DNA from: Clostridia bacterium | GTDB taxonomy: Bacteria > Bacillota > Clostridia > Oscillospirales > CAG-272 | Direction: 5' to 3' | Assembly: GCA_017454675.1 (NCBI GenBank) | Contig: JAFTCN010000053.1 | Span: 4,853-68,852 of the forward strand | Length of the DNA: 64,000 bases | In this document: in pieces, positions 1-9,225 of the stretch | How positions within the stretch are numbered: the first letter of the stretch is position 1 | Layout of the letters: every line of letters begins with the position of its first letter | Made by a program: the position numbers and the translations under genes | The notes under the pieces: generated by a model | What the model saw: only the letters and a program-made list of their open reading frames with translations | Told to the model about the DNA's origin: nothing | The model's database searches: none

Positions 1-123
1 TATCGCTCTGAAAAAACAGTATGACCGGACAGTAAAGCACTTCTCAAGCAGAAAGCATCCGCGCCGGGATTCGCCTTATGTTCTTCCGGACCCTAAAAAC
101 CCCCCGCAACCGTAACAAAAGCC

Positions 124-152
124 TTGAAAAATCCGGCTGAATACACTATAAT
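124..152 (+). promoter_or_regulatory. sigma-A-type promoter for rhaA
   Basis: TTGAAA (124-129), 17-bp spacer, TATAAT (147-152). Confidence 0.7.
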
Positions 153-230
153 ATGAATCGTAATCAATAAAAGATCCGCGCATGTCCGGCAAGCCGGAAA
201 GCGGACGCAACGAAAGGCGGTATACAGGTC

Positions 231-1487
231 ATGGTCTCAGAGATCTACGGATACGCGAGAGAATACTACGCGAGATACGGCATCGATACAGAAGCGGCTC
301 TCGATAAGCTTCTGACCGTACCGGTCTCGCTCCACTGCTGGCAGGGCGACGACGTCCGGGGATTCGACGGCTCCGTTTCCCTCGACGGAGGCATACAGAC
401 GACCGGCAACTACCCGGGAGCCGCGAGGACTCCCGAAGAACTGATGTCGGACCTCGACTTCTCACTGAAGCTGATGCCCGGTACAAAGCGAATCAATCTC
501 CACGCTTCATACGCCATAGCCGCGACGGGCGAGAAGATCAGCCGCGACCGCATAGAGCCGCGTCATTTCGAACCCTGGGTACGGTTCGCGAAGGAGCACG
601 GCGTCGCACTCGATTTCAACCCCACCTTCTTCTCGCATCCCATGGTGGCGGACAATCTGACGCTTTCGAGCCCCGACCCCGAGGTCAGGAACTACTGGAT
701 AAGACACGGGATCTGCTGCCTCCGCATCGCCGAATACTTTGCGCGGGAGCTCGGCTCGCAGTCGCTCGTCAATTTCTGGATGCCCGACGGATACAAGGAG
801 ACCCCGGCTGACAGATATTCGCCGCGGAAGCGGATGGCCGACTCGCTCGACAGGATCCTCGATGCGGGATACGACAGAGATCTCGTTGCGGTATCGCTCG
901 AATCAAAGGTGTTCGGCATCGGACTCGAATCGTATACCGTAGGTTCGGCCGAATTCTGCACCGGATACTCGCTGAAGAACCGGCTGGTACCGCTGATGGA
1001 CAACGGGCACTATCACCCCACCGAATCGGTGGCGGACAAGATCCCGTCGATGCTCCTCTTCTCCGATAAAGTGGCTCTGCACGTCACGAGGGGAGTCAGA
1101 TGGGACAGCGATCACGTCGTAAGGACCGACGACACCGTGAACGACATCGCTCTCGAGGCGGTGAGAGGAGGTCTCGACCGCTTCTTCCTTGCCCTCGACT
1201 ATTTCGACGCCGCAATAAACCGCGTCGCGGCGTGGGTGACCGGCTACCGGGCCTTTGAGAAATCGCTTCTCACCGCCCTGCTCTGGCCTCACAAAATGGG
1301 GCGCGAATATCAGGACGCAGCCGATTTCACCGATATGTTCGTCATCTCCGAGGAAATCAAGACCGCTCCGTTCGGAGCGGTATGGGACGAATACTGCCGC
1401 AGGGCGGGAGTACCGGCCGAGGGCGAATGGATGCCCCTGGTCAGAAAATACGAAAAAGAAGTCCTTTTCAAAAGAGAGAAGGCGTGA
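231..1487 (+). CDS. rhaA: L-rhamnose isomerase
   Basis: 418 aa; motifs SLHCWQGDDV, TGNYPG, DFNPTFFSHP, ESKVFGIGLESYTVGS, GHYHPTE, RGVRWDSDHV, LDYFDAAINR. Confidence 0.95.
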   Translation: MVSEIYGYAREYYARYGIDTEAALDKLLTVPVSLHCWQGDDVRGFDGSVSLDGGIQTTGNYPGAARTPEELMSDLDFSLKLMPGTKRINLHASYAIAATGEKISRDRIEPRHFEPWVRFAKEHGVALDFNPTFFSHPMVADNLTLSSPDPEVRNYWIRHGICCLRIAEYFARELGSQSLVNFWMPDGYKETPADRYSPRKRMADSLDRILDAGYDRDLVAVSLESKVFGIGLESYTVGSAEFCTGYSLKNRLVPLMDNGHYHPTESVADKIPSMLLFSDKVALHVTRGVRWDSDHVVRTDDTVNDIALEAVRGGLDRFFLALDYFDAAINRVAAWVTGYRAFEKSLLTALLWPHKMGREYQDAADFTDMFVISEEIKTAPFGAVWDEYCRRAGVPAEGEWMPLVRKYEKEVLFKREKA

Positions 1488-1502
1488 TTGAGAGGTCGAA
1501 AG

Positions 1503-4500
1503 ATGCTTTACAGGAAAAACTCCGCGAAGGAGCTCGACCGCGGGCTCTTTGAAAATCCGACGTCGGAATACCGCGGCGCGCCTTTCTGGGCGTGGAACTG
1601 CAGGCTCGACGGAAAAGAACTGGAACGCCAGATCGAGATACTGAAGGAAATGGGCTTCGGCGGGTTCCACATGCACGTGAGGTCGGGCCTCGAGACCGAA
1701 TATCTCGGCGACGAATTCATGGACCTGGTGAAGGAGTGCACCGACAAGGCCGAAAAAGAAAAGATGCTCGCCTGGCTCTACGACGAGGACAGGTGGCCTT
1801 CGGGCTTTGCCGGAGGGCTCGTCACGAAAGAGGAAAAATACCGCATAAGGTACCTGCTCTTCACCCGCAGGCCGTATGACGGTAACGAGAGCGGCGGGGC
1901 GATCCATCATAACGAGCAGAACGTCGCCTCACGCAGCAACAACTGCAGCAGGCTCATAGCGAGATTCTCGGTGAAGCTCACTCCCGACGGCTTTCTCGCG
2001 GACTACAGGATGCTGGGCGAAGGAGACAGCGGCGACGGCGACATCTGGTACGCCTACATCGAGTCGCCGAAGAACAATCCCAGATACAACGGGTATACAT
2101 ACGCGAACCTCATGGACAAGGCGACGATCGACCGCTTCATCGAGGTGACACACGAGAAATACTACAAGGCGGTCGGAGACAGGTTCGGGACCGTCGTGCC
2201 CTCGATCTTCACCGACGAGCCTCAGATGACCTTCAAGAACACGCTTCCCTACCCCGACTCTGACAAGGACATCACTCTGCCCTGGACCGACGACATCGAA
2301 GAAAGCTTCAGCGCCGCTTACGGGACATCGCTCACCGGAGCGATCCCCGAGCTCATCTGGGAGCTTCCGTCGGGCGTCTCGCAGACCCGCTACCGCTTTC
2401 ACGACCACGTTTGCCGGCGGTTTGCCGACGCCTTCGCACTCAACATCGGCTCCTGGTGCGACAGCCACGGCATAAAGCTCACGGGACATATGATGCGCGA
2501 GCCCAGCCTTACGTCGCAGACCACTGCGGTGGGCGAGGTCATGAGATCACTCTCGGCCTTCTCACTTCCGGGTATCGACATGCTGGCCGACCGGAGGGAG
2601 TTCACGACGGCCAAGCAGGCTGCGTCGGTAGCCCACCAGTACGGGCGCGAGGGCGTCATGAGCGAGCTGTACGGCGTAACCGACTGGAACTTCGACTTCC
2701 GCGGACACAAACTGCAGGGCGACTGGCAGGCCGCTCTCGGTGTGACTGTCAGGGTCCCCCACCTCGCCTGGGTGTCGATGAAGGGCGAGGCAAAGCGCGA
2801 CTATCCCGCCAGCATCAACTATCAGTCGTCGTGGTACAAAAAATACTCGTACGTCGAGGACCATTTCGCAAGGCTCAACACCGCCCTGACCAGGGGCAGG
2901 CCGCTCATCCGCGTCGGCGTCATACACCCCGTGGAATCGCTCTGGATCCACTGGGGGCCTTCGCTCCAGACCGAGGCCGCCAGAGCCCGTCTCGACGGCA
3001 ACTTCGAGAACGTAACGAACTGGCTCATCTTCGGCGGCATCGACTTCGACTATATCTCCGAATCGCTGCTGCCGTCGCAGTGCGGCAAGGCCGGCTGTCC
3101 GCTGAAAGTCGGCAGCATGAGCTACGACGCCGTCATCGTGCCGGGCTGCGAGACGCTGAGAAAGACGACGGTCGAGCGTCTGTCCGACTTCAGAGCGGCA
3201 GGAGGAAAGCTCATATTCATGGGCGACGCCCCCGAATACATGGATGCCGCGAAATCGGACGCTCCGTCGAAGCTGGCCTCCGCCTCGGAAAAGATAGAGT
3301 TCAGCAGATCGGCGCTGCTCGAAGCCCTTGAAGACGTCCGCGATATCTCTATCCGCAATTCGAACGGAACTCTCACAACGAACCTTCTCACCCAGCTGCG
3401 CTCCGACGGCGGCTGCCGCTGGCTCTTCATCTGCCAGGGCACGAAACCGTACAGCGACGACATATCCTCCCGCCAGCAGATCGACATCGTTCTCCGCGGG
3501 CTGTGGCGTCCCGAACTCTGGAACACGCTCGACGGAAGCGTCTCGGCGACAGGTTTCAGGTGCGAGGGCGGGCGGACTTACATAGGCGCCGTACTTTACA
3601 ACCACGACAGCCTGCTGCTGAAGCTCCTCCCCGCAGCAGAGGGCGATTCGTACACGGCCGCGTCATCGAAGCCCGAACGCGTCAAGGAGCACAGCGGGCT
3701 TCAGATAAGACACGCAGAATATACCGTCGACGAGCCCAACGCCCTGCTGCTTGACATATGCAGATACCGGCTCGACGGAGCCGGGATTCAGGGCCCTGAG
3801 GAGGTACTGCGCGCCGACACGGCGATCAGGCGCGCCCTCGGATGGGGACCGTGGGGCGGCGGAGCAAACCAGCCGTGGTGCATGCCCGACATACCCGCAG
3901 AGCATACCGTCGAAATGAGCTTCGACATCGTGTGCCGTCGGAGCCTGTCCGGCGTAAAACTCGCTCTGGAGAACGCCGGGATCACAAAGATCGTGCTCAA
4001 CGGCACACCGGTGACGGCCGCGGCCGACGGATGGTATACCGACAGATCGATCGAGACCGTGCCGCTTCCGGAACTGCCGGCCGGAAAGTCGGAGCTTGTT
4101 CTCACCTTCCCGTACGGCGAGCGCACCGCGGCGGAGCGCGTATATCTGCTGGGCGACTTCGGAGTTGAACTCAAAGGAAGCGAGGCCGCGATCACGGAGA
4201 GACCTGCTGACGTCGGCTTCGGCGATCTTTCGGAAATGGGCTTCCCGTTCTACGGCGGCGCGTTCACATACAGATTCGAATTCGATACCGAAGAAAAGAA
4301 TGTGGAGATCAGGATCCCGCAATACCGCGCGGCGGTATACGAGGTATCGCTCGACGGCGGAGAGCCGGCGACTGTGGCATACGCTCCGTACAGCACCGTC
4401 TTCCGCGACATCAGACCGGGCAGGCACTTCGCCGAGGTGAAGATCTACCTGTCGAGGTACAACGGATTCGGCAGGATACACTGCGCCGACACGAAAGTCG

Positions 4501-4613
4501 CATATCCCTCCCCGGGATACTGGAGGACATCCGGCGACTCCTGGTGCTACGAGTACAGGCTCACCGAGCAGGGGATCCTTTCATCCCCCGTCATCAGAGA
4601 ATTCTCCGATTGA
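1503..4613 (+). CDS. GH106-like alpha-L-rhamnosidase / large glycoside hydrolase
   Basis: PFWAWN, GFGGFHMH, WLYDEDRWPSGFAGG, IFTDEP, PGIDML, MSELYG motifs; ATG at 1503 preceded by GAGGT; directly follows rhaA. Confidence 0.8.
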   Translation: MLYRKNSAKELDRGLFENPTSEYRGAPFWAWNCRLDGKELERQIEILKEMGFGGFHMHVRSGLETEYLGDEFMDLVKECTDKAEKEKMLAWLYDEDRWPSGFAGGLVTKEEKYRIRYLLFTRRPYDGNESGGAIHHNEQNVASRSNNCSRLIARFSVKLTPDGFLADYRMLGEGDSGDGDIWYAYIESPKNNPRYNGYTYANLMDKATIDRFIEVTHEKYYKAVGDRFGTVVPSIFTDEPQMTFKNTLPYPDSDKDITLPWTDDIEESFSAAYGTSLTGAIPELIWELPSGVSQTRYRFHDHVCRRFADAFALNIGSWCDSHGIKLTGHMMREPSLTSQTTAVGEVMRSLSAFSLPGIDMLADRREFTTAKQAASVAHQYGREGVMSELYGVTDWNFDFRGHKLQGDWQAALGVTVRVPHLAWVSMKGEAKRDYPASINYQSSWYKKYSYVEDHFARLNTALTRGRPLIRVGVIHPVESLWIHWGPSLQTEAARARLDGNFENVTNWLIFGGIDFDYISESLLPSQCGKAGCPLKVGSMSYDAVIVPGCETLRKTTVERLSDFRAAGGKLIFMGDAPEYMDAAKSDAPSKLASASEKIEFSRSALLEALEDVRDISIRNSNGTLTTNLLTQLRSDGGCRWLFICQGTKPYSDDISSRQQIDIVLRGLWRPELWNTLDGSVSATGFRCEGGRTYIGAVLYNHDSLLLKLLPAAEGDSYTAASSKPERVKEHSGLQIRHAEYTVDEPNALLLDICRYRLDGAGIQGPEEVLRADTAIRRALGWGPWGGGANQPWCMPDIPAEHTVEMSFDIVCRRSLSGVKLALENAGITKIVLNGTPVTAAADGWYTDRSIETVPLPELPAGKSELVLTFPYGERTAAERVYLLGDFGVELKGSEAAITERPADVGFGDLSEMGFPFYGGAFTYRFEFDTEEKNVEIRIPQYRAAVYEVSLDGGEPATVAYAPYSTVFRDIRPGRHFAEVKIYLSRYNGFGRIHCADTKVAYPSPGYWRTSGDSWCYEYRLTEQGILSSPVIREFSD

Positions 4614-4654
4614 GACCCGTCGAGAAAAAATTTCGATTCTTTTTCGAAAAAGGC

Positions 4655-4683
4655 TTGCATTTATTCCGCGGTTGTGATATAAT
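4655..4683 (+). promoter_or_regulatory. promoter of tRNA-Val
   Basis: TTGCAT (4655-4660), 17 bp, extended -10 TGnTATAAT (TATAAT 4678-4683). Confidence 0.75.
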
Positions 4684-4695
4684 ATTGCTCGTTTC

Positions 4696-4769
4696 GGAGG
4701 CATAGCTCAGCTGGTTAGAGCGCTACGTTGACATCGTAGAGGTCATTGGTTCAATTCCAATTGTCTCCA
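4696..4769 (+). tRNA. tRNA-Val (anticodon GAC)
   Basis: Acceptor stem GGAGGCA/TGTCTCC, D-arm GCTC..GAGC, anticodon arm CTACG-TTGACAT-CGTAG, T-arm ATTGG-TTCAATT-CCAAT; discriminator A followed by CCG, so CCA is not fully encoded. Confidence 0.96.
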
Positions 4770-4780
4770 CCGCGGAAGGC

Positions 4781-4820
4781 GGCGGCCGGATCCAAGTGAT
4801 CCGACCGCCACTGTTTTATT
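4781..4820 (+). terminator. intrinsic terminator after tRNA-Val
   Basis: GGCGGCCGGATC-caagt-GATCCGACCGCC (one mismatch) followed by a T-rich tract. Confidence 0.65.
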
Positions 4821-4828
4821 ATTTGTAT

Positions 4829-4857
4829 TTGACATAGTCTCTTCTTTATGATAAAAT
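4829..4857 (+). promoter_or_regulatory. promoter of the lipoprotein-OYE-SDR-flavoprotein operon
   Basis: TTGACA (4829-4834), 17 bp, TGnTAAAAT (4852-4857). Confidence 0.75.
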
Positions 4858-4902
4858 TATTATTTGAATAATTATTCGTGTAAAAGGCAGGTGCTTATCA
4901 TA

Positions 4903-7083
4903 ATGACAAATGCTCGCTACAGAGCAAAAAACCGTGCTCTGATCCTTCTGGCAGTCCTTATCGCGGTCATGCCGGTCACAGGATGCGTCGGAGGAGGCCC
5001 CGGCGGCGTCACGACGGCGGTCTCTCCTGACACGTCAGACTCCCCGGAAGATATCATATCCGATACCGGCAGTGTCACGTCCCTGTCTCCCGGGACATCG
5101 CTTGAGCCGGCCGTCACGACTTCCCCCGCCGCGACTACAGTCGAAGTCACGACCGACAGTCCCGACGCGCTCAGAGCCGGCAGCGACGTCATAGGATTCA
5201 TACCTTTTTCCGCCAGGGTAACCGACGGCGAATCGGTCTCTGTCAGGATAGACAGCGATACAGCCGTTATAAATCCGCTGAAGGCGGGCTCGGCGGTGAT
5301 CGAATTCCGCAATATATACGGAGAGACTGCCGGAGCAGATGTCACCGTCTCGACGGATCTCAAAGCGACTGCAGTCTATATCCCGTTCGACGCTCCCAAG
5401 GTCAGCTTCAACCTGGCCGATCTCGGGGTCAAACCCACCGCCAACGCCGATATAACGACGCAGCTCCAGGGCCTTGTCAACAAGGCGAGCGAAGCCGGAG
5501 GCGGAACCGTATACGTACCTTCGGGCAATTACAGGATAAGCTCTATCACGATGAAGCCGGGAGTCGATCTGAAGTTCGCCGGTTTCGTCCCCGACGCGAC
5601 CGTCGGATATACGACCGAGGTGAAGCGATATGTCAGCAGCGGAAAGCCTGCAGTCATAACCGCGGGATCCGCCCCGCGCAACAATATCTTCTTCTACAAC
5701 ACTCCCCTGCCTCAGGCATACTGCACCGACGGAATGTCCGACTTCTCGATATCCGGCGGTGTGTTCAACTGCCAGGCAAAGATGAAGCTGCTTGCCTTCG
5801 CATGCGGCAGCAACATCAGAGTATCTGATATGATCGTCAAGGATCTGCCGGACAACCACGCTCTCCAGATCGACGGCTGCACCGGCCTAACAGTAGACAA
5901 CGTCATGTTCGCGGGATACTATTATCCGGCGAACAACCCCGTTCTCACCCGCGAGACGATCCAGCTCGAGCCCACCACACCGGGATCGATCACCAGCGAC
6001 TACGCGGGTTCGCCGATCCTCGCGACCGCCGGCGACTATCACACAAACAGCGACATATCCGTCCTGAACTGCTATTTCGGCAAGAGCGACTTCTACGGCC
6101 CGCAGCTGGTGGCTGTCGGTCATCACAGCACGGCTGGCTCGATCTCATGCGACGGGTTCCGCTTCATAGGAAACGTCGTAGACAACCCGCTGTACTGCGG
6201 ACTGCACCTTCCCAATGTATCGAACGCCGAGATACGGGACAATACATTCATTTCGGCCGATAAACTGACATCCGGCCGTCTGGCGGACGACTCCGCTCTT
6301 ATCTCGCTCTACTCGTTCAACAGCGATACAAAACTCACCATAGACGGTAAAAATGTAGTATACGCCTTCTCGTATGAGCATTTCGGCGACCGGAACTACA
6401 TAATCGAGAACAACAGCTTCGTCCTGGGCGGCAAGACTTATCTGCGGGCTCTGTATTTCACCGGCGCTTCGGCCGACAACACCCAGAACGCAGCCTATGT
6501 GTCGTCGTCAGCCTACAGATACGAGACGTTCGGCGGAGAGCTGTTCCAGATAAAAGGCTACCTGATAAAGAACAACTGCTGCGCCGGCATCACCGTCAGA
6601 AACAATTCTATCGAATACACATCGGCGGCCTCGTACAAGGATTGTTTCTGCTATGCCAACAACGTCAACGGCTTTTTCTTCGAAAACAACGAGATTAAAC
6701 TTGCCGACGGAGTCAGTTTCTCCCGCAAATACGGCGACATCAAGGGTATCAGCACAAGCGGCACCGTATCGTCCGACAGGGCCGAGGTCGCCACGAGGCG
6801 GATAAATCTCATATCTACGACAGAGGTCCCGGTGACCGTTAACGCGGGCGGCACGAGCTTCACGCTGAAGAAGTCCGACGTAAACATGACTCTGACACTC
6901 ACGCCGACTGATGGCGGCAGGATCGTGCTCAACGCCGACAGAAGAGGAAACCTCACTGTCGACATAATACCCGACGAAGGATACGTTTTCTCTGGATTCA
7001 CCGACGAGAACGGGAACCCGGCCGACCTTGCGAACATCGTTTTCAAACGCAGCACCAGGATAGGAGCCGTATTTAAAAAGTGA
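4903..7083 (+). CDS. surface lipoprotein with right-handed beta-helix (pectate lyase-like) domain; putative polysaccharide-active enzyme
   Basis: Signal peptide with lipobox VTG-C; S/T/P-rich linker; GGGTVYVPSGNYRISSITMKPGVDL cap motif; repeated I-x-N-N beta-helix coils; C-terminal PDEGYVFSGF repeat-like module; ATG at 4903 after AGGTG. Confidence 0.7.
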   Translation: MTNARYRAKNRALILLAVLIAVMPVTGCVGGGPGGVTTAVSPDTSDSPEDIISDTGSVTSLSPGTSLEPAVTTSPAATTVEVTTDSPDALRAGSDVIGFIPFSARVTDGESVSVRIDSDTAVINPLKAGSAVIEFRNIYGETAGADVTVSTDLKATAVYIPFDAPKVSFNLADLGVKPTANADITTQLQGLVNKASEAGGGTVYVPSGNYRISSITMKPGVDLKFAGFVPDATVGYTTEVKRYVSSGKPAVITAGSAPRNNIFFYNTPLPQAYCTDGMSDFSISGGVFNCQAKMKLLAFACGSNIRVSDMIVKDLPDNHALQIDGCTGLTVDNVMFAGYYYPANNPVLTRETIQLEPTTPGSITSDYAGSPILATAGDYHTNSDISVLNCYFGKSDFYGPQLVAVGHHSTAGSISCDGFRFIGNVVDNPLYCGLHLPNVSNAEIRDNTFISADKLTSGRLADDSALISLYSFNSDTKLTIDGKNVVYAFSYEHFGDRNYIIENNSFVLGGKTYLRALYFTGASADNTQNAAYVSSSAYRYETFGGELFQIKGYLIKNNCCAGITVRNNSIEYTSAASYKDCFCYANNVNGFFFENNEIKLADGVSFSRKYGDIKGISTSGTVSSDRAEVATRRINLISTTEVPVTVNAGGTSFTLKKSDVNMTLTLTPTDGGRIVLNADRRGNLTVDIIPDEGYVFSGFTDENGNPADLANIVFKRSTRIGAVFKK

Positions 7084-7084
7084 C

Positions 7085-8458
7085 ATGAAAAAAGAAATTC
7101 GGAAAGAAAACGGCGGGACACGTGACGGTATCCCGCGCGGCGTGCCGAAGAGCATCGCCGAATTCGACCGGATAAACGAACTGACCGGAGCCGGGCTTCC
7201 CCGCACCGGCGATCTTTCCATACTTTCCTCCGCTTACAGGATCGGGCAGTTCACCGTGCCCAACAGGCTCGTCTGCCAGCCTATGGAGGGATGCGACGGC
7301 TGCCCCGACGGCTCACCCGGCGAGCTCACAGTAAGACGCGCGCGCAAGCTCGCGTCATCGGGCGCCGGGATCATATGGTTCGAAGCGACGGCCTGCCTTC
7401 CCGAGGCGAGAGCCAATCCGCGGCAGCTCATGCTGACCGAGGACAACATCTCCTCCTTCGCCCGGCTCGCCGACGAGATGCGCGAGATCTCCGTGCGCGA
7501 GAACGGTTTCGCCCCGCTCATCATGCTTCAGCTCACTCACAGCGGCCGGTACAGCCGTCCTCACGGCGCTCCTGCGCCGATCAGGGCATACAGCTGGCCC
7601 GAGGCCGAACGGGGCTCAGAAACGCTTCCTGCCCTCATCACGGACGATGAGCTCGACGAAGTGCGGGAGGCGCTCTTAAGATCATCGGCTCTCACCGAAA
7701 AGGCCGGCTTCGACGGAGCCGACATCAAATGCTGCCACAGATATCTGAGTTCCGAGCTGCTGTCGGCATACACAAGAGAAAACAGCCGCTACGGCGGGGA
7801 CTTCGATGGAAGGACAAGGCTCATTCGCGAAACGCTGGCAGGGGCTGTCGCGAACTCGTCTCACGGATTCATCGTCGGGACGAGGATAAACATATACGAC
7901 GGCATCGCCTACCCATACGGTTTCGGCTGCAGGACCGACGGGACACTTGAACCCGACATGAGCGAGCCGGTAAAACTCATCCGCATGCTGTACGGCGCCG
8001 GGGCGTCGCTCATCGATATAACGGCGGGCAATCCGTATTTCAACCCGCACGTCAACCGCCCGTTCGCCGCGGGGCCCTACATGCCTGAAGAGCACCCCGC
8101 CGCCGGAGTCGCTCGCTTGCTGGAGCTAACTGCCGAAGTAAAGCGCGAACTTCCGGAAGACCTGCCGGTGATTTCGTCGGGCCTGTCCTGGCTTGGAGCC
8201 GCATCGCCGGGAGTCGCCGCCGCATACATAGGAAAAGGCGGCTTCGACTTCGCGGGATTCGGAAGACTGACGCTTGCCTGCCCCGGATTCGCGAAAAAGA
8301 TACTCGGCGGAGAAGGTCTCCGTCCCTCGGACCTCTGCGCCGCATGTTCGGGCTGCACATCGCTCATGCGGCTTCCGGGCGGCACGCCGGGATGCATACT
8401 GAAAGACAGGCTGTACACCGATATCTACAGAAAAATGAGATCAGCGGAGGCAAAATGA
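7085..8458 (+). CDS. NADH:flavin oxidoreductase (Old Yellow Enzyme family) with C-terminal Cys cluster
   Basis: PNRLVCQPMEG, GIIWFEAT, QLTHSGR, GFDGADIKCCHRYL, YGGDFDGRTR, FAGFGR; C-terminal CAACSGC-x12-C. Confidence 0.85.
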   Translation: MKKEIRKENGGTRDGIPRGVPKSIAEFDRINELTGAGLPRTGDLSILSSAYRIGQFTVPNRLVCQPMEGCDGCPDGSPGELTVRRARKLASSGAGIIWFEATACLPEARANPRQLMLTEDNISSFARLADEMREISVRENGFAPLIMLQLTHSGRYSRPHGAPAPIRAYSWPEAERGSETLPALITDDELDEVREALLRSSALTEKAGFDGADIKCCHRYLSSELLSAYTRENSRYGGDFDGRTRLIRETLAGAVANSSHGFIVGTRINIYDGIAYPYGFGCRTDGTLEPDMSEPVKLIRMLYGAGASLIDITAGNPYFNPHVNRPFAAGPYMPEEHPAAGVARLLELTAEVKRELPEDLPVISSGLSWLGAASPGVAAAYIGKGGFDFAGFGRLTLACPGFAKKILGGEGLRPSDLCAACSGCTSLMRLPGGTPGCILKDRLYTDIYRKMRSAEAK

Positions 8459-8459
8459 T

Positions 8460-9221
8460 ATGTCACGAAAGACCGCAATGATAACCGGCTGCCACGGCGG
8501 GATAGGCATGGCGGCGGTAAAGAGATTCCTCTCCGATGGCTGGAACGTCTGCGGACTCGACATGGCACCTCTACCCGAAGGGAGCGGACTTGCGGAATGC
8601 GGAAGCTATATCTTCGTCCGGGGCAGCATCTCGGACGGTAAAGACAGGAAGGATTTCCTGCAGAGCGCCCTGTCGTTCACCGGCCGTATCGATGCGCTCG
8701 TCAACGTCGCGGGCGTCGCGCCGAAGGTGCGGAACGACATCCTCGAGATGACCGAGGAGAGTTACGACAGAGTCATGGATATCAACACGAAGGGGACATT
8801 CTTCCTCACACAGCTCGTCGCAAACCTGATGAAGGACAACGGGCCCGAGGGCGAAGACATGATTCGCGGGTACATATGCAATATATCGTCGATGTCGGCG
8901 TACACGAGCTCGACTTCTCGAGGCGAATACTGCATATCCAAAGCGGGAGTCTCGATGATAACGAAGCTCTTCGCCGACCGCATGGCGGAATTCGGCATAC
9001 CTGTTAACGAGATCAGACCCGGCATCATCCGCACCGGCATGACGGCGGCTGTAAAGGAAAAATACGACAGACTGATAGGCGGAGGCCTGCTGCCGATAGC
9101 CAGATGGGGGAGGCCGGAGGACGTCGCCGAGGTCATATATTCTCTGTGCTCGGGCAGGCTCCCCTACGTTACCGGGCAGTCGATCGACGTCGACGGCGGC
9201 TTCCACATCCGGCGTCTCTGA
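8460..9221 (+). CDS. short-chain dehydrogenase/reductase (SDR)
   Basis: TGCHGGIG, VNVAG, NISS, catalytic YCISK, RPGIIRTGMT, YVTGQSIDVDGG. Confidence 0.92.
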   Translation: MSRKTAMITGCHGGIGMAAVKRFLSDGWNVCGLDMAPLPEGSGLAECGSYIFVRGSISDGKDRKDFLQSALSFTGRIDALVNVAGVAPKVRNDILEMTEESYDRVMDINTKGTFFLTQLVANLMKDNGPEGEDMIRGYICNISSMSAYTSSTSRGEYCISKAGVSMITKLFADRMAEFGIPVNEIRPGIIRTGMTAAVKEKYDRLIGGGLLPIARWGRPEDVAEVIYSLCSGRLPYVTGQSIDVDGGFHIRRL

Positions 9222-9225
9222 TAAA

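Noticed and set aside
1485-1503. rhaA and the GH106 gene are in the same frame, separated by a single TGA (possible readthrough or selenocysteine fusion)
   Set aside because: The downstream gene has its own RBS (GAGGT) and ATG at 1503, TGA is the commonest stop in this window, and same-frame adjacency is expected one time in three.
4769-4772. tRNA ends ACCG rather than ACCA
   Set aside because: tRNA genes without an encoded CCA are common in Bacillota; the cloverleaf is intact.
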